From positions 4,696,504 to 4,759,367 of the forward strand of contig NC_057756.1 of the NCBI RefSeq assembly GCF_004010195.1: a stretch of 62,864 bases of DNA, read 5' to 3'. Under the pieces are notes generated by a model. It had not been told where the DNA came from. It ran no database searches and saw only the letters and a program-made list of their open reading frames with translations. Numbering within the stretch: the stretch's first letter is position 1; each line of letters opens with the position of its first letter. Source of the DNA: Chiloscyllium plagiosum (lineage: Eukaryota). Positions 1 to 12,702 of the stretch are shown here, piece by piece. The position numbers and the translations under genes were made by a program.

Positions 1-112
1 TTCCGAGCATCGCTCCTTCATCAGGTGATAGCTGATGAGGACGCTCCGAAAGCTAGTGTGCTTCCAATTAAATCTGTTGGACTATGACCTGGTGTTGTGT
101 GATTTTTAACAT
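1..112. mobile_element. Penelope-like (family A) terminal hairpin fragment, cut by window start
   Basis: Same sequence family as 8461-8600, 14940-15033 and 26439-26657. Positions 1-27 are the reverse-oriented arm; 32-112 are the forward arm. Confidence 0.8.
32..55 (+). ncRNA. Minimal hammerhead ribozyme motif (PLE family A)
   Basis: CTGATGA-GGA-CGC-TCC-GAAA-GCTA: core boxes, 3-bp stem II and palindromic AGCT stem III. Confidence 0.6.
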
Positions 113-1620
113 TTTCTGAAATTAACTATGTCACGTGCTTTCTACTTTTCATCCGTATTGAGACAAACCTCTGGAGCATTAAGCTTTGGCCTGTAAATTC
201 TGTGTCAAAAGTGCAGTGACGACTACTGACCACTCAATCATATCATACAAATGATCGTTTCTAGTTTTCTGTTTGCGATTCTGTTTTTTTAATTGCGCCA
301 GAAACAATGGTAAAAATTGAAACGATCACATATTCCCACCAACCTTAACTTTGTTGCTACAAAACCAGTCAAATGTCAAACACCTAGCCATCAACTCTCA
401 GAACTGAAAGTTAAATATTGTTATCCCATGTTTCCGAGGTTCATTGATGCCCAGTAATCATACCAATTGAACTTTTTTGGTGAATATTGACTTGTGTTTC
501 AACTTCTATTTACCAATCATGGATTGAATTATAGGTCTTACCCCTGAGGACAAGTTGACACAGAAGTATCTTGAAAAGCGGAGTCATTTTTCTGGACAAC
601 ATCATACACACACTCCCGATGCAAAAACGTGAATACAACATGAACGCTCAATAGCTTGTGTCTTTCGCTTAGCAGACCAGTGCTAATTCTAGTGAGAATT
701 GATATCAGCAGCAGCTTCCGTCAAATACATTGCCATGGTAACCTGCAACCACAAACCAGCAAGTTTCCGGATGAGCATTTGATACCATTGTCGTTGCAGT
801 TAAGTTGGCATTCCTTTTCTCAGAATTAAGTATCTGGAATTTGTATTTAACTATATAGCTAAAAAACTATGGTTTGTTTTCCATTTGTAAAAGTAGCAAA
901 AAAATCTAATCACTGATCACCAATTGAAGGAAATGAAGTATTATTTCACATGGTAAGAAAAATGACACTGACACCAGGGAGCAGAAAAATAATTTGGTTA
1001 GTTTCAAAAAATAAATTAAAAAGTATCTTTGAACATGGTCAGTTTGGTCAACTGGTGCAGCTGTAGAGATATATACGATAGAGGAAATGGATTGCATCAA
1101 GCTGTAAACCGAATACTGCAGAAATTATTAAAAAAGCACCTATCATTTGAGATTAAGATGTCATGCTTGTAGCCGAACACATGATTCTTTATTGCTAGAA
1201 ATTTGGGGCTCATAAATAAAATCAACGACCTTTTCAGGAAGGGCATTCGAGGTAAGGACAGATTCATGCAAGATTTATCTGAATTAAATATCGTTTGCTT
1301 ACATTTTGTGCGCAAGGGCAGACAACAAGGCAGTGCAAATCTTTAGTTTAAATCAGACAGTGAAGGAGAGCTGAGAGTAACATTTCATTATTAAAATGCT
1401 GCTGAGTCGGTGTTAGAAGATTGTAGTTCAACACATTGCCAAAATAAAGGAAAGGGAGGAAGAGGGGGCATTGCCAGAGAGTTATTTTAATATATTTAAA
1501 ACTGTTACTGGAGACCTAGAATCGGTAAGTGGACCAAGAATCATTGCTTGGTCCTGAGCTGTTATTAAGCTTTAATTTGTCTTAAATCTATGAGGGAATA
1601 AATCGTGTCCCTATTAACTG

Positions 1621-2800
1621 TATTATGAAGTGAAGGCGTGTATGCTACCTTTCAGAGGGGGTGAAAGTTGTTTTGCACTGTGAGCTTACAAGCACCTGTT
1701 ATATGTCAGCTACCTGTCTCAGAGTGTACTGGACAGCTGAAAATATGCAACATTTGGCTGCGCAACAGATACCTTAGGTTAGGTTGCTATTTTGTCAGCA
1801 ATTGGAATTTAATCAATCAGTTTAAATTATGCCCCAGGATAGTAAAACCCAATCCAGTTTGAATTTGTTATTTTGCCAACGTCAAACCAATGAGAGGATC
1901 CGATATTTGGGGTAAAACGACTCATACATACTCGAAGTTAGATAGAGAGTAAACTGCCATCTGGAGAGAGACTGTCATTCAAAAGACTCTCTATCAAAGG
2001 TACCTCTATCATATGAAACATCTTTGCACTAAAAGACCAAAGATGATCCAGGAAAATCATCAGTCAGATGAAGACAGACACCAGCGACAACAGCCACTGT
2101 TTGGTTTTGAACTTAAGTTGATGCAATTTTAATACGGATTTTCATGGGAACAGTACAGTATTACAGAGTGGGAAACTGATAACAAGCATTTAAGGGAAAG
2201 GAGGATTAGTGTTGTGAATAGTTGTTATTTAATGTTCACTTTTAGAATTAAAGAATAAACTGATTACGTTTCTTTAAATAATGGAATCTAGGATTTCCCT
2301 GTCACTCAAACTATAACAGGCTATGAGGCGAGGTGAGCTTTTCTGGGGTCTTTATTTAATTAGCACAAGGGTTGGCCACCATGTTGTAAGTGTTTGGGGG
2401 CTCGGGTCTGTAATTTGGACAGGTTTAGACAAAGGATCCAGACTAAGATTTGGACAGATTTGTATAGGTTTGTTGTATGAAAGATCCCAGCAGATTTGTT
2501 GATTAGTGTCGTAGATCTTTCAACAAAACATAGGTGAGACATTCTGTTTAATTTCGTTTACTTGTGATTGGTGAAATTAAAAGTGAAAGACGTGGCTCTC
2601 AAGATTGCTCAAGGGGCTCTGGGGTTTGAAGATAATTTCCAAATTTACCAAGAAAGTTTAGAAAGACAAAGAAAGCCACACTTTTATAATTAGCAAAGAG
2701 GGTTTAACCAAGGGTAAAAGTAAAGCTGAATTTTTTAAGCGAGTTAATCAAGCACTTAGGGGTGTCAGAGAAACAGACAAGTGCAATAGATTTAGCCGAA
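1621..2800 (+). mobile_element. Gypsy 5' LTR (family B) with PBS and start of gag, truncated
   Basis: 1621-2390 resembles the solo LTR at 16846-17565. It is followed by TGGGGGCTCG (2395-2404) and a degenerate gag-like start near 2590. Confidence 0.7.
2395..2404 (+). promoter_or_regulatory. tRNA-Pro primer-binding site
   Basis: TGGGGGCTCG matches the first 10 nt of the tRNA-Pro PBS (TGGGGGCTCGTCCGGGAT) just after the LTR end. Confidence 0.65.
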
Positions 2801-3768
2801 CCAAAGTCCTAAACAATTGTAATATCACCTGCCAACTCTTGTACTCTGATGAAGGAAAGCATGTTGTATGTCTTTTTGAAAACTCTTTTGATCTACGTTG
2901 GCATCTTCAGGGTACAGTGGACCTTAACACCCAGATCTTTCCATACATCAATTTTCCCCAGGACGTTTCCACTCACTGTATAGTTTGCACTTGAATTGGA
3001 TCTTCCAAAATGTATCACCTCGCATTTGCCCGATTGAACTCCATCTGTCATTTCTCTGCCTAACTCTCTTATGTCTCTACATTCTGCTGTATTCTCTCAC
3101 AGTCCTTTTCACTATCGGCTGCTCCATCAATCTTAGTGTCATCTGCAAACTTGCTAATTAGGCCACTGAAAACTTCCTGCAGATCATTTATATATATATA
3201 TCGCAAACAACAGTTGTCCCAGCATGGCTCCCTGTGGAACATCAGTGGTCAATGTTCTCCATTTTTTAGAAACTCTGTTCCACTACTGTTCTCCATCTTT
3301 TGTTGCCCAGCCGCTTCTTTATACATCTATCTAGTACACCCTAGACCCTATGCGACTTCAATTTCTCCATCAGCCTAACATCGGGAATCTTATAAAATAT
3401 CTTACTCAAGTCCATGTATATGACATCTACAGCCCTTCCCTCATCGATCAACTTCGTCACTTCCTCAAAGAATTCTATTTAGTTGGTAAGACATGACCTT
3501 CCCTGCATAAAACCGTGTTGCCTATCACTGATAAGCCCATTTTCTTCCAAATGGGAACAGATCCTTACCCTCATTATCTTCTCCAGTAACTTCCCTACCA
3601 TTGACGTCAGGCTCATCAGTCTATAACTCCCTGGTTTATCCCTGATACCCTTAAACCAGGGGCCAACATCAACAATTCTCCAATACACCGAACCTCACCC
3701 GTGTTCAAGAATGCTACAAATATACCTGTTAACGCCCAAGTTATTCCCTCACTCACTTCCCTCAGTAA
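2801..3768 (-). mobile_element. CR1-clade LINE RT fragment (decayed)
   Basis: Minus ORF YRLMSLTSMVGKLLEKIMR...QHGFMQGRSCLTN is a typical CR1 RT N-terminal segment. Confidence 0.9.
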
Positions 3769-6285
3769 TATGTAATTTTTCAGATTTTCTCTGGACACCC
3801 ATCTGTGCACCATGCGTTTCAGAACGTGAACAATTTTATCTTTTTTACGCACCAAACAATTCACTAATGATTTGGTTACATTATCCCTTGAATTTTCTAC
3901 GCTGGTTGAATACCTGTGTCCCAAATCTAAACCAATTTTGGTACTTGTGGATAGGTTTCAAAACCTTCTCCATCAACGATGTTATGTTGGCAGACTTAAT
4001 GTTTATGAATGTAGCCGACACGATCTTTTTCAATACTTCTTAAACCACACTCCAGCAGTCTGACACTAACTTTGCAAATGTTTTAAATGTGAACTAATTA
4101 GATGAACGTTTCCACAAATTCTACGTGCATATCCTTCTAGAGCCGGGGATGGATAGCAAGCATCTGGATCACTTCAAAATTTAACAAAGTTCATTATTTA
4201 AATTTCTCTGGTTTTAAAAAATGCAGGCATGCCAAGAAGTGCGGCCTACCCAGTCTTTTACTGCAATTGTAACACGATATTATTTCTATTCGTGTGAGGA
4301 GAGATTTACAATGTTTCTTGAATAAACAAGCTATGTCATTTGCATTGATGAAATGGTTTACCTCGACTTCATTTATTTCTCCCGTGAGGGTTTTACTTAT
4401 TTTTGGAATAAGCTATGTTAGTACTCAATTTTACTTCAGCTAATTGTTTTCCAGTAAGAATTATCTGATCTCTTTTAAAATTGTCTCGTTTCTGTAATTA
4501 CTGTAATTAACTCAATCATGCTCCTAAAAATTGCCATAAAGCGGCCTTTCCTGTTCATATTTCCGTCCGGTTCACAGTGCATTAGTTCTTTGTTTTAGCA
4601 TTTCCTCTATGTGGTTTGCATATTTTGTAACTCTGCTGTAATTAGAATTTGCTGGAAGGTAGACTATATCATTATTGTGTCGCTGTATTTGGAACAGCAT
4701 AATTAAGTTGTCATGATCTGCTGGGATTTCTCATACGTTAAGTTAGTCTGCACCCTGTTTTCGCTTGTTTGTGATTTATTCGTTAAGCATATAAATACAT
4801 TCTGTCATTTTTCAAAAGTAAGTGCTTTGGCAAGCTGTATCCGTTCTGAAATTTCCACTCTACACATGCTCAAAACAACTAGACATGTTAGGATCTGGGC
4901 TACTTTCTTGAATTGTCTTGAGGGTGTCTGGACTGGTCCATAACAGACTGGGGACTTTATACTGGAGTTTACAGTTCCAAACTTGGATTGATGTTGTTGG
5001 AATTGAAGGCAGCTAGTGGTAGGTGTTAGTGTCTTTTGCTCCGACTGTTGATTTTGGTTGTTTTAAACAGTGGTTGAGATAGGAATGTCTCTTTCAGTCA
5101 GCAAGAATTTTCTGTGGGTGGAAGAAGTGATTTTGGAGATTTTGCACCTTGATTAAGGCCAATGCGATGGAATTAGCAGACAGCTCGAGTTGGGCATGCC
5201 TCCTTCCGGGAGGAAAGGGGAGATAATTACATCAATATCTCAGCATTTAATTTGCTGGAAACACGATTAGAAAATTTACAGATAGTTGTAATTCATTTGG
5301 AAATGAAGAATTTTGAGTTCCAGGCAAAAGACAAGAAAAGGACAACAGAAATGAATCAGTTTGAATTAGACTAAAAGCAAAGGAAAGAAAATAAGAAATA
5401 AATGCTTTCACCGAACTAAAAGAAAAAGAAAAAAAAAGAGCAAGAGGGAGGAAAGGAAGAATGGAGGGAGTTTCAACTTCAGAAATTGGTCCTTACACAC
5501 GAATTCAAAAATACACTTTCTGAAGTAGTGAGTGCTCATGTGGACGAGCAGAGACTTAAAACGGCAAAATTAGCAGCTGAAATGATTGATGATTATGAGT
5601 TGGTTTATAAATCAAAGTTTGGCTTCCAAAATCAATTTTAATCCGTGAGAAATAGAAATTGGGGAAGAGAGAAATCCTCACATGGAAACAGAAAGGTAGA
5701 CGTTAGTGAAGATCATAAGGATAACTTACTGCAGCATTAAAAGGAACCCATTGAAGGGGCAAGAGAAGTTATAAAGCTCCAGTGTTTTCACTGCAATAAA
5801 ATAGACTACATGAAAACATATTGTTGGTTGTTTAGGAAAAGCACTGGCAAGCCAGATTTAGGAAAACGGGATAAGCCAGTGAATGTTGTTGTGGAGGTAA
5901 AGGAAAGGACAGTGTTGGCTGGAAAGCTGCACCAGAATGTATCACCTGGTCAGATGTTGCTTAAGGAGTAAGTGTCAGAACTTCTTAAACTACACGCTTG
6001 TGAAGGTAAATTTTACTTGCTAAGGCCAGGAGCAGCAGGTAAAGAGATTGCAATATTAGAGATATAGGATCCTCTCAATCTGTGATGTTGAAAGATTAGG
6101 AGATATGTACTTCTGAAGTACTATGGCCAGAAAAGGTACTAGTGACGGGAATTCACGGTGAGACAATAAGTGTTCAATTAGCTAAAGTAAGGTTAGAGTG
6201 TCCAGTGAAGTGTGGGGAAGTCGTGGTCGGAGTACTGGACCAGCTCTCACCTCAAGGAATAGCATGTTTCCTTGCTAATGATATA

Positions 6286-6927
6286 TGTAATGATGCTGAT
6301 CCTTTAAAAATGTTATGTTGTCCTTTGTTTTTTTTATTTCGGAGAGATGGCAAAAGACACAGACTCTGAAAAGTCTAAATTTGAAGGGTTTTAGGGGCAG
6401 TTTGATTATTGTTAACAGATAATTCGTCAGTAAAAAGGCTTTCAAATTTTTAAAAGGAACACTCGCACAATGAAAGCGGTGTGCCCAGTTTTCCCAGCTC
6501 AGCATTACTCTGGTTTGGTTTGGTTAGCAAGCAGTAGTGTAGTGAAGCGGCTGGACCCAAAGAAACAGGGCCATGCTGATCCCCCTCACTCTCTGACAAC
6601 TCTCCTGGAAGACCCTGTACTTGATTTTACCTTTTGTGCCAAGGGATGTTTATGGTGACTGTTGCAACGTTTGGGAGCAGTATCAGTAATTTGGTATAAT
6701 CTGTTGGGTTTTTGGGTAGGTTAAGTTATTCAGTATTCTGTTCTCATTTGCTTGTATTTCATTCGATAACCTTGCAAATAAAGTCTGTTTGGTTAAAACA
6801 AAGTGGTTTGACCAGCTGCAACACTCCTAGAATATCTGCAATAAACCGGCTTAAAACATCTGGCAAAGTTAGGGTCTAGGCTACTTGCTTGAATTTTTTT
6901 TGAGGCGATCTGACCTGGCCCATATCA
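6286..6927 (+). mobile_element. Solo LTR (family A) inserted in Gmr1 copy 1
   Basis: TGTAATG...CATATCA with TATA TSD (6282-6285 / 6928-6931). Removing it restores sequence homologous to ~40020-40080. Confidence 0.88.
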
Positions 6928-7560
6928 TATAACAGGTTCACAAGTAGTAGAGCTGCCTACGGTGGTTGCAAAGCTAGGAGAAACTCAAACAACTGAAATA
7001 TTTCAGGACACATATCTTGGAATTTTTCCGGACTGTGTGGTAATGAGGTCACAAAGTCACCAGTTGAAACGGGGAGATCAAAGAGTACAAATAAGAATGT
7101 TGAAGTGGAATTAGCAAAGATCCTGTTTGTTCAGATTGTTGACCCAAACCAGGAGCGGTTGGATTACAAAGAAAACAATCCTTAGCTTAGATAAATTAAT
7201 TGATTTACAGCAGAAAGGTGATCATTTAAAGAAATTGTATCAAAACACATCCATACAAAAATGTATTAAATGCATCCCTGAATGTTATTACCTTAAAAAT
7301 GATGTCTGATTGAGCAAATGGAGACCCTCACATATTCGGTCAGAAGTTCATTAAGCTGTGGTGTCAGTGTTATAGAATGAAGGTATTGCAGCGGTGCATG
7401 GTGCATGAGCTATCGGGGTGGGTCATTTCAGAGTGAGAAAAACTCAAGCTAAAATGCAAAAGCACTTTTCATTTGCCTGGACTGCACAAGGATGTAGTTG
7501 AATTTTTCCAGACATGTATTGCAATTCAAGTAACTTGAAAACCATAGAAGGTAACAAATA

Positions 7561-7757
7561 CAGGTATTCCCCACTCTTTGCAAGTTCACTTTACACCACT
7601 TCTCTTTTAAGAAAGGCTTACATCTATACGTACTTTCACTGAGCAAAGAAAAGGTGTTTTTTTCCCCATATAAATTAATGCTTCTTCACTTCATGCCAGT
7701 TTGGCTTATGGAATGTTTCATACGAACGTTCTGTTTTCTGATAGAGAGGGATACCTG
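7561..7757. mobile_element. Tc1/mariner (Tigger/pogo-like) MITE
   Basis: TIRs CAGGTATTCCC / GGGATACCTG, flanked by TA on both sides. Confidence 0.8.
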
Positions 7758-8554
7758 TAATAACATTTGAAGAATCTTTTACAAGAGTCTGAATTGATTG
7801 CATCGGACCCCTTCCTAAAACGAAAGGTATTTGTTAACTATAACGGTTGTTTCCAATGGATTTCAAGAGGCTGGTCCATTATGCAATACCACAACTTAAA
7901 GCACTGTCGAGAAATAACTCCAATTTTTCACTCGTAATGGACTTCCCACCGAGATACACTCAGACAAAGGGTCAAACTTCACTTTGGAATTATTGAAGGA
8001 ATTAAAACAATTCAAATCTACAGTGTACCATCCAGAGTCGCAGGGAGTATCAGATAGGTGGCATCCGACATTAAAGATCATATTGAGGGCTTATCGTTAA
8101 GACTATCCAGCTGATTGGGATAATGGAATTCCGCTTGTCCTGTTTGCGATTAGAGATATGCCAAAATGATTCGACCAACTCAGTGCATTTTAATTAGTTT
8201 TGGGGCATGAAGTGAAAGGACTGTTAAAAGTGAATAAGGAGAAATTCGTAAGTTAGAATTCAGAGACCACATATTTGAACTATGTGTCAAATCTTCGGGA
8301 AGGATTAAAAAGAGTGGTAGAGTTGGCAGGACAGTGTGCAAAATTATCACAGCTCACAATGAAACAGGAAGCAGAAAAGAAACGGAAAATTCACAATTTT
8401 GTTTTCGGGGAGAAGGCGTTAACATTACTTCCAGTGACAAGTGAACTTTTAAAAGAAATCATGATTTGGAGATGCCGTTGTTGGACTGGGGTGTACAAAG
8501 TTAAAAATCACACAACACCAGGTTATAGTCCAACAGGTTTAATTGGAAGCACAC

Positions 8555-8583
8555 TAGCTTTCGGAGCGACGATCCTTCATCAG
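8555..8583 (-). ncRNA. Minimal hammerhead ribozyme motif in inverted pLTR
   Basis: Minus strand reads CTGATGA-A-GGATCGTCGCTCC-GAAA-GCTA. Confidence 0.6.
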
Positions 8584-8878
8584 GTGATTGTGGAGGGCTC
8601 GATCGTAACACAGAATTTATAGCAAAAATTTGCAGTGTGATGTAACTGAAATTATACATTGAAAAATTAATTGTCTGTTAAGCCTTTCATCTGTTAGAAT
8701 ACCGTGATAGTTTCACTTCTTTCATCTGTAAATCACAAACCCCATTTTTTTTAAGTTGCATTCTCGGGTTAGCTGTTAACAACGGTGATAGCTAGACAAT
8801 ATGTTGAAGGTGTTAGCCCCCTGTGTTCTCTTCCTATGACCTGATGTTTAGATTGATTCTAATCTAATCTAATCTAAT

Positions 8879-10369
8879 CAGAGTTCGATAGATTCGGGGT
8901 CAGTTCCTGAGGATTGGAGGGTGGCTAATGTTATACCACTTTTAAGAAAGGTGGGAGAGAGAAAGCAGGAAATTATATACCAGTTGGTCTGACCTCAGTG
9001 GTGGGAAAGATGCTGGAGTCTATTATAAAGGATGAAATTACGGCACCTCTGGATAGTAGTAACAGGGTAGGACAGAGTCAGCATGGATTTATGAAGGGGA
9101 AATCATGCTTGACTAATCTTCTTGAATTTTTTGAGGATGTAACTCTGAAGATGGACGAGGGAGATCCAGTAGATGTAGTGTACCTGGACTTTCAGAAAGC
9201 TTTTGATAAAGTCCCACACAGGAGGTTAGTGAGCAAATTTAGGGCGCATGGCATTGGGGGCAAAGTACTAGATTGGATTGAAAATTGGTTGGCTGATAGG
9301 AAACAAAGGGTAGTTATAAACGGCTCCATTTCAGAATGGCAGGCAGTGACCAGTGGGGTACCGCAGGGATCCGTGCTGGGACCGCAGCTTTTTACGATAT
9401 ATGTTAATGATATAGAAGATGGTATCAGCAATAACATTAGCAAATTTGCTGATGATACTAAGCTGGGTGGCAGGGTGAAATGTGATGAGGATGTTAGGAG
9501 ATTACAGGGTGACCTGGACAAATTAGTTGAGTGGTCAGATGCATGGCAGATGCAGTTTAATGTGGATAAATGTATGGTTATCCACTTTGGTGGCGAGAAC
9601 AGGAAGGCAGATTACTACCTAAATTGAATCAATTTAGATAAAGGGGCAGTACAGAGAGATATGGGTGTTCTTGTACACCAGTCAATGAAGGCAAGCATGC
9701 AGGTACAGCAGATAGTGAAGAAGGCTAATAGCATGCTGGCCTTCATAACAAGAGGAATTGAGTATAGAAGCAAAGAGGTGCTTCTGGAGCTGTACGGAGC
9801 CCTGGTGAGAGCACACCTGGAGTACTGTGTGCAGTTCTGGTCTCCAGATTTTAGGAAAGGCATTCTGGCTATTAAGGGAGTGCAGCGTAGGTTCACGAGG
9901 TCAATTCCTGGAATGGCGGGATTACATTACACTGAAAGGCTGAAGCCAATGGGCTTGTATACCCTTGAGTTTAGAAGACTGAGAGGGGATCTGATTGAGA
10001 CATATAAGATTATGAAAGGATTGGACACTCTGTCAGCAGGAAACATGTTTCCGCTGATGGGTGAGTGCCGAACCAGAGGACACAGCTTAGAAATACGGGG
10101 TAGATCATTTAGGACAGAGATGAGGAGAAACGTCTTCATCCAGAGAGTGGTGGCTGTGTGGAATGCTCTGCCCCAGAGGGCAGTGGAGGCCAAGTCACTG
10201 GATTCATTTAAGAAAGAGTTGGATAGAGCTCTCAAAGATAGTGGAATCAAGGGTTATGGAGATAAGGCAGGAAGAGGATACTGATTAGGAATGATCAGCC
10301 ATGAATGGCGATACAGGCTCGAAGGGCTGAATGGCCTACTCCTGAACCTATTGTCTGTTTTCTATTGTT
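8879..10369 (+). mobile_element. Young 5'-truncated CR1 LINE (RT and 3' end)
   Basis: In-frame ORFs 8998-9627 and 9661-10284 are separated by one TGA. Motifs LDFQKAFDKV, GVPQGSVLGP, KFADD; (CTATTGT)-like tail; TAATCTAA TSD at 8860-8867 / 10370-10377. Confidence 0.97.
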
Positions 10370-10490
10370 TAATCTAAAAAGTGAGATAACAGAGTTTTAC
10401 ATAAATTCATGCAGTTTTTGAGCTCAGAGTTCTACATGAATGTATGCAGTTTTTTAGCAAAGTGCAATGTAACTCTGCAAGTACAAATTC

Positions 10491-11328
10491 GATCCAGACA
10501 CACGGAACAGCCATGGGGACCAAATTTGCACCCCATTATGCCAACATTTTTATGCACAGGTTCGAACAAGATTTCTTCTCTATGCAGGATCTCCAACCAA
10601 CATTGTACACCAGGTACATTGATGACATTTTCTTCCTCTGGACCCTTTGCGAGGAGTCACTGATAAAACTACACAGTGACATCAACAAGTTTCATCCCAC
10701 CATCAAACTCACCATGGACTACTCTCGACTGTCTTTCTCATTCTTGGACACGTGCGTCTCCATCAAGGACGGACACCTCAGCACCACACTCTACCGCAAA
10801 CCCACAGACAACCTCACAATGATACACTTCTCCAGCTTCCACCCAAAACATATTAAAACAGCCATTCCCTATGGACAAGCCCTACGCATACACCGGATCT
10901 GCTCAGATGAGGAGGAACGCGACGGACACCTGGAAGTACTCAAGGATGCCCTCACAAGAAAGGGGTACGATGCTCAACTCATCGACCACCAGTTCTGACG
11001 TGCCACAGCAAGGAACCATAATGACCTCCTCAGGAGACAGACACGGGATGCAATTGAGAGGGTACCCTTCGTTGTTCAGTACTTCCCAGGGGCTGAAAAA
11101 TTACGCCATGTTCTTCGTGACCTGCAACACATTATCAATGAGGATGAGCACATCACCAAGACCTTCCCCACACCTCCACTACTTGCCTTTAAACAACCAC
11201 CAAACCTCAAACAGATCATTATTCATAGCAAATTGTCCGGCTCTCAGGTATAACCCTGTCATGGTGGACGCTGCAAGACATGTCAGATTGTGGACATAGA
11301 TACCACTATTACGCGTGGGAACACCTCT
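10491..11328 (+). pseudogene. Penelope-like reverse transcriptase, thumb and linker fragment
   Basis: QTHGTAMGTKFAPHYANIFM, YTRYIDDIF, FLDT, LYRKPTD, HPKHIKTAIPYGQALR; premature TGA at 10996-10998; then PCHGGRCKTC linker. Confidence 0.93.
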
Positions 11329-12702
11329 TAAAGAATAGTAAGGGAGTTAACCCTGGAGTCCTGACCAATCAACATTGCAAAAGCAGGTCACTTGGCAACT
11401 ATCATATTGCTGTTTGTGGGAGCTTATTGTGCCCTGTTTCATTGGCTGAGTAAAAAAAATTTCATTGACCGTAATGAGCCTTGCTGAGGTTCATACAAAT
11501 GTGACTTTCTTTCTTTATGTATTCTATTTATTCATTAACAACTTCACTGAGGGGTGGCACTACAAACAATCCATCTCTACCTTAATGATATTGTTGCATT
11601 ACCTTGTAAGATTGACACCCAAATCTTCCCATCGCAGATATAAAGGTCTTTCTTGAAAACATCAAACCAGAGACGGCTGGCTTCAGTCTCAGTGCAGGGT
11701 GGGTGGCTTCCAATTGTCACCTTCATGTCTGTTTCTGATTTCAACACAAGAGGAGATCAACAACGTTCGTATTTACCAGAGACGAGTCATTGAGTTAGAC
11801 ACTGTGTGGCTTCACTATGGCTAGGAGAAAGTGAGGTCTGCAGATGCTGGAGATCAGAGCTGAAAATTTCATTTCCCCTCCTCCCACCTTGTCTCAGTCA
11901 AATCCATCGAACTCAGCACCGCCTTCCTAACCTGCAATCTTCTTCCCGACCTCTCCGCCCCCACCCCAGTCTGGCCTATCACCCTCACCTTGACCTCTTT
12001 CCACCTATCACATTTCCGACGCCCCTCCCCCAAGTCCCTCCTCCCTACCTTTTATCTTAGCCTGCTGGACAAACTTTCCTCATTCCTGAAGAAGGGTTTA
12101 TGCCCGAAACGTCGATTCTCCTGTTCCCTGGATGCTGCCTGACCTGCTGCGCTTTTCCAGCAACACATTCCAATCCAGTGAGGGAAGTTGGAAGATTTAA
12201 GCTGCTATCTTTTTGACGAGAGCCTACTAAGTGAAGGCCTGTCTGTCCTCTAATGTAGACATAGAAGAGCCAATGGCACTATTTTTAATAAGAGTTATAG
12301 ATACATAGAAAACACAGTAAGATTTCATGCACAGAAGGTAGTCGTCTGGCACATTATGTCCATACCAGTCGATGAATACCTCGTCACACTAATCCCACTC
12401 TCCAAATTTTGATTCCTAAACCCATTGACTGTTCCACCGCATGTTTTAATGTGATTATGGTTTTTGCCTGTATTACCCTTTGAACTCGTGGGTTCCAGAA
12501 CCTCACCACTGATGAGAAAGTTGTTCCAGGTGTCATAGTCAATATTTTTTCAATAATTAGTACAGCATTTCTTTTTGTGGGAGCTTGCTACATGTAAATT
12601 GCCTGCTATGTGTCAACACTGACTGTACTTCCAAAGTACTTTATTGGCTGTAAAGCATTTTGGATCTTTCTGTGGCCATAACAGTTACTATATAAATGCA
12701 AT
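11329..12702 (+). mobile_element. Old Deu-domain-type SINE relics (two), interrupted by PLE-B and CR1 fragments
   Basis: Degenerate TTGCTGTTTGTGGGAGCTT at ~11407 and ~12575, and AAAGTACTTTATTGGCTGTAAAGC...TATATAAATGCAA 3' end at ~12633-12702. Confidence 0.6.
11824..12169 (+). mobile_element. PLE family B terminal fragment with hammerhead
   Basis: Inverted tail GGAGAAAGTGAGGTCTGCAGATGCTGGAGATC, then C-rich pLTR and CTGAAGA-A-GGGTTTATGCCC-GAAAC-GTC (12086-12113). Confidence 0.85.

Noticed and set aside
906..1315. Two adjacent minus-strand ORFs
   Set aside because: Short, AT-rich, with no recognisable domain or splice structure.
3770..4650. Possible minus-strand gag/protease (CYNC...H...C at ~4230-4276; WDTG at ~3915)
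   Set aside because: Knuckle spacing is not CX2CX4HX4C, there is no continuous frame and no other retroelement motifs; likely chance.
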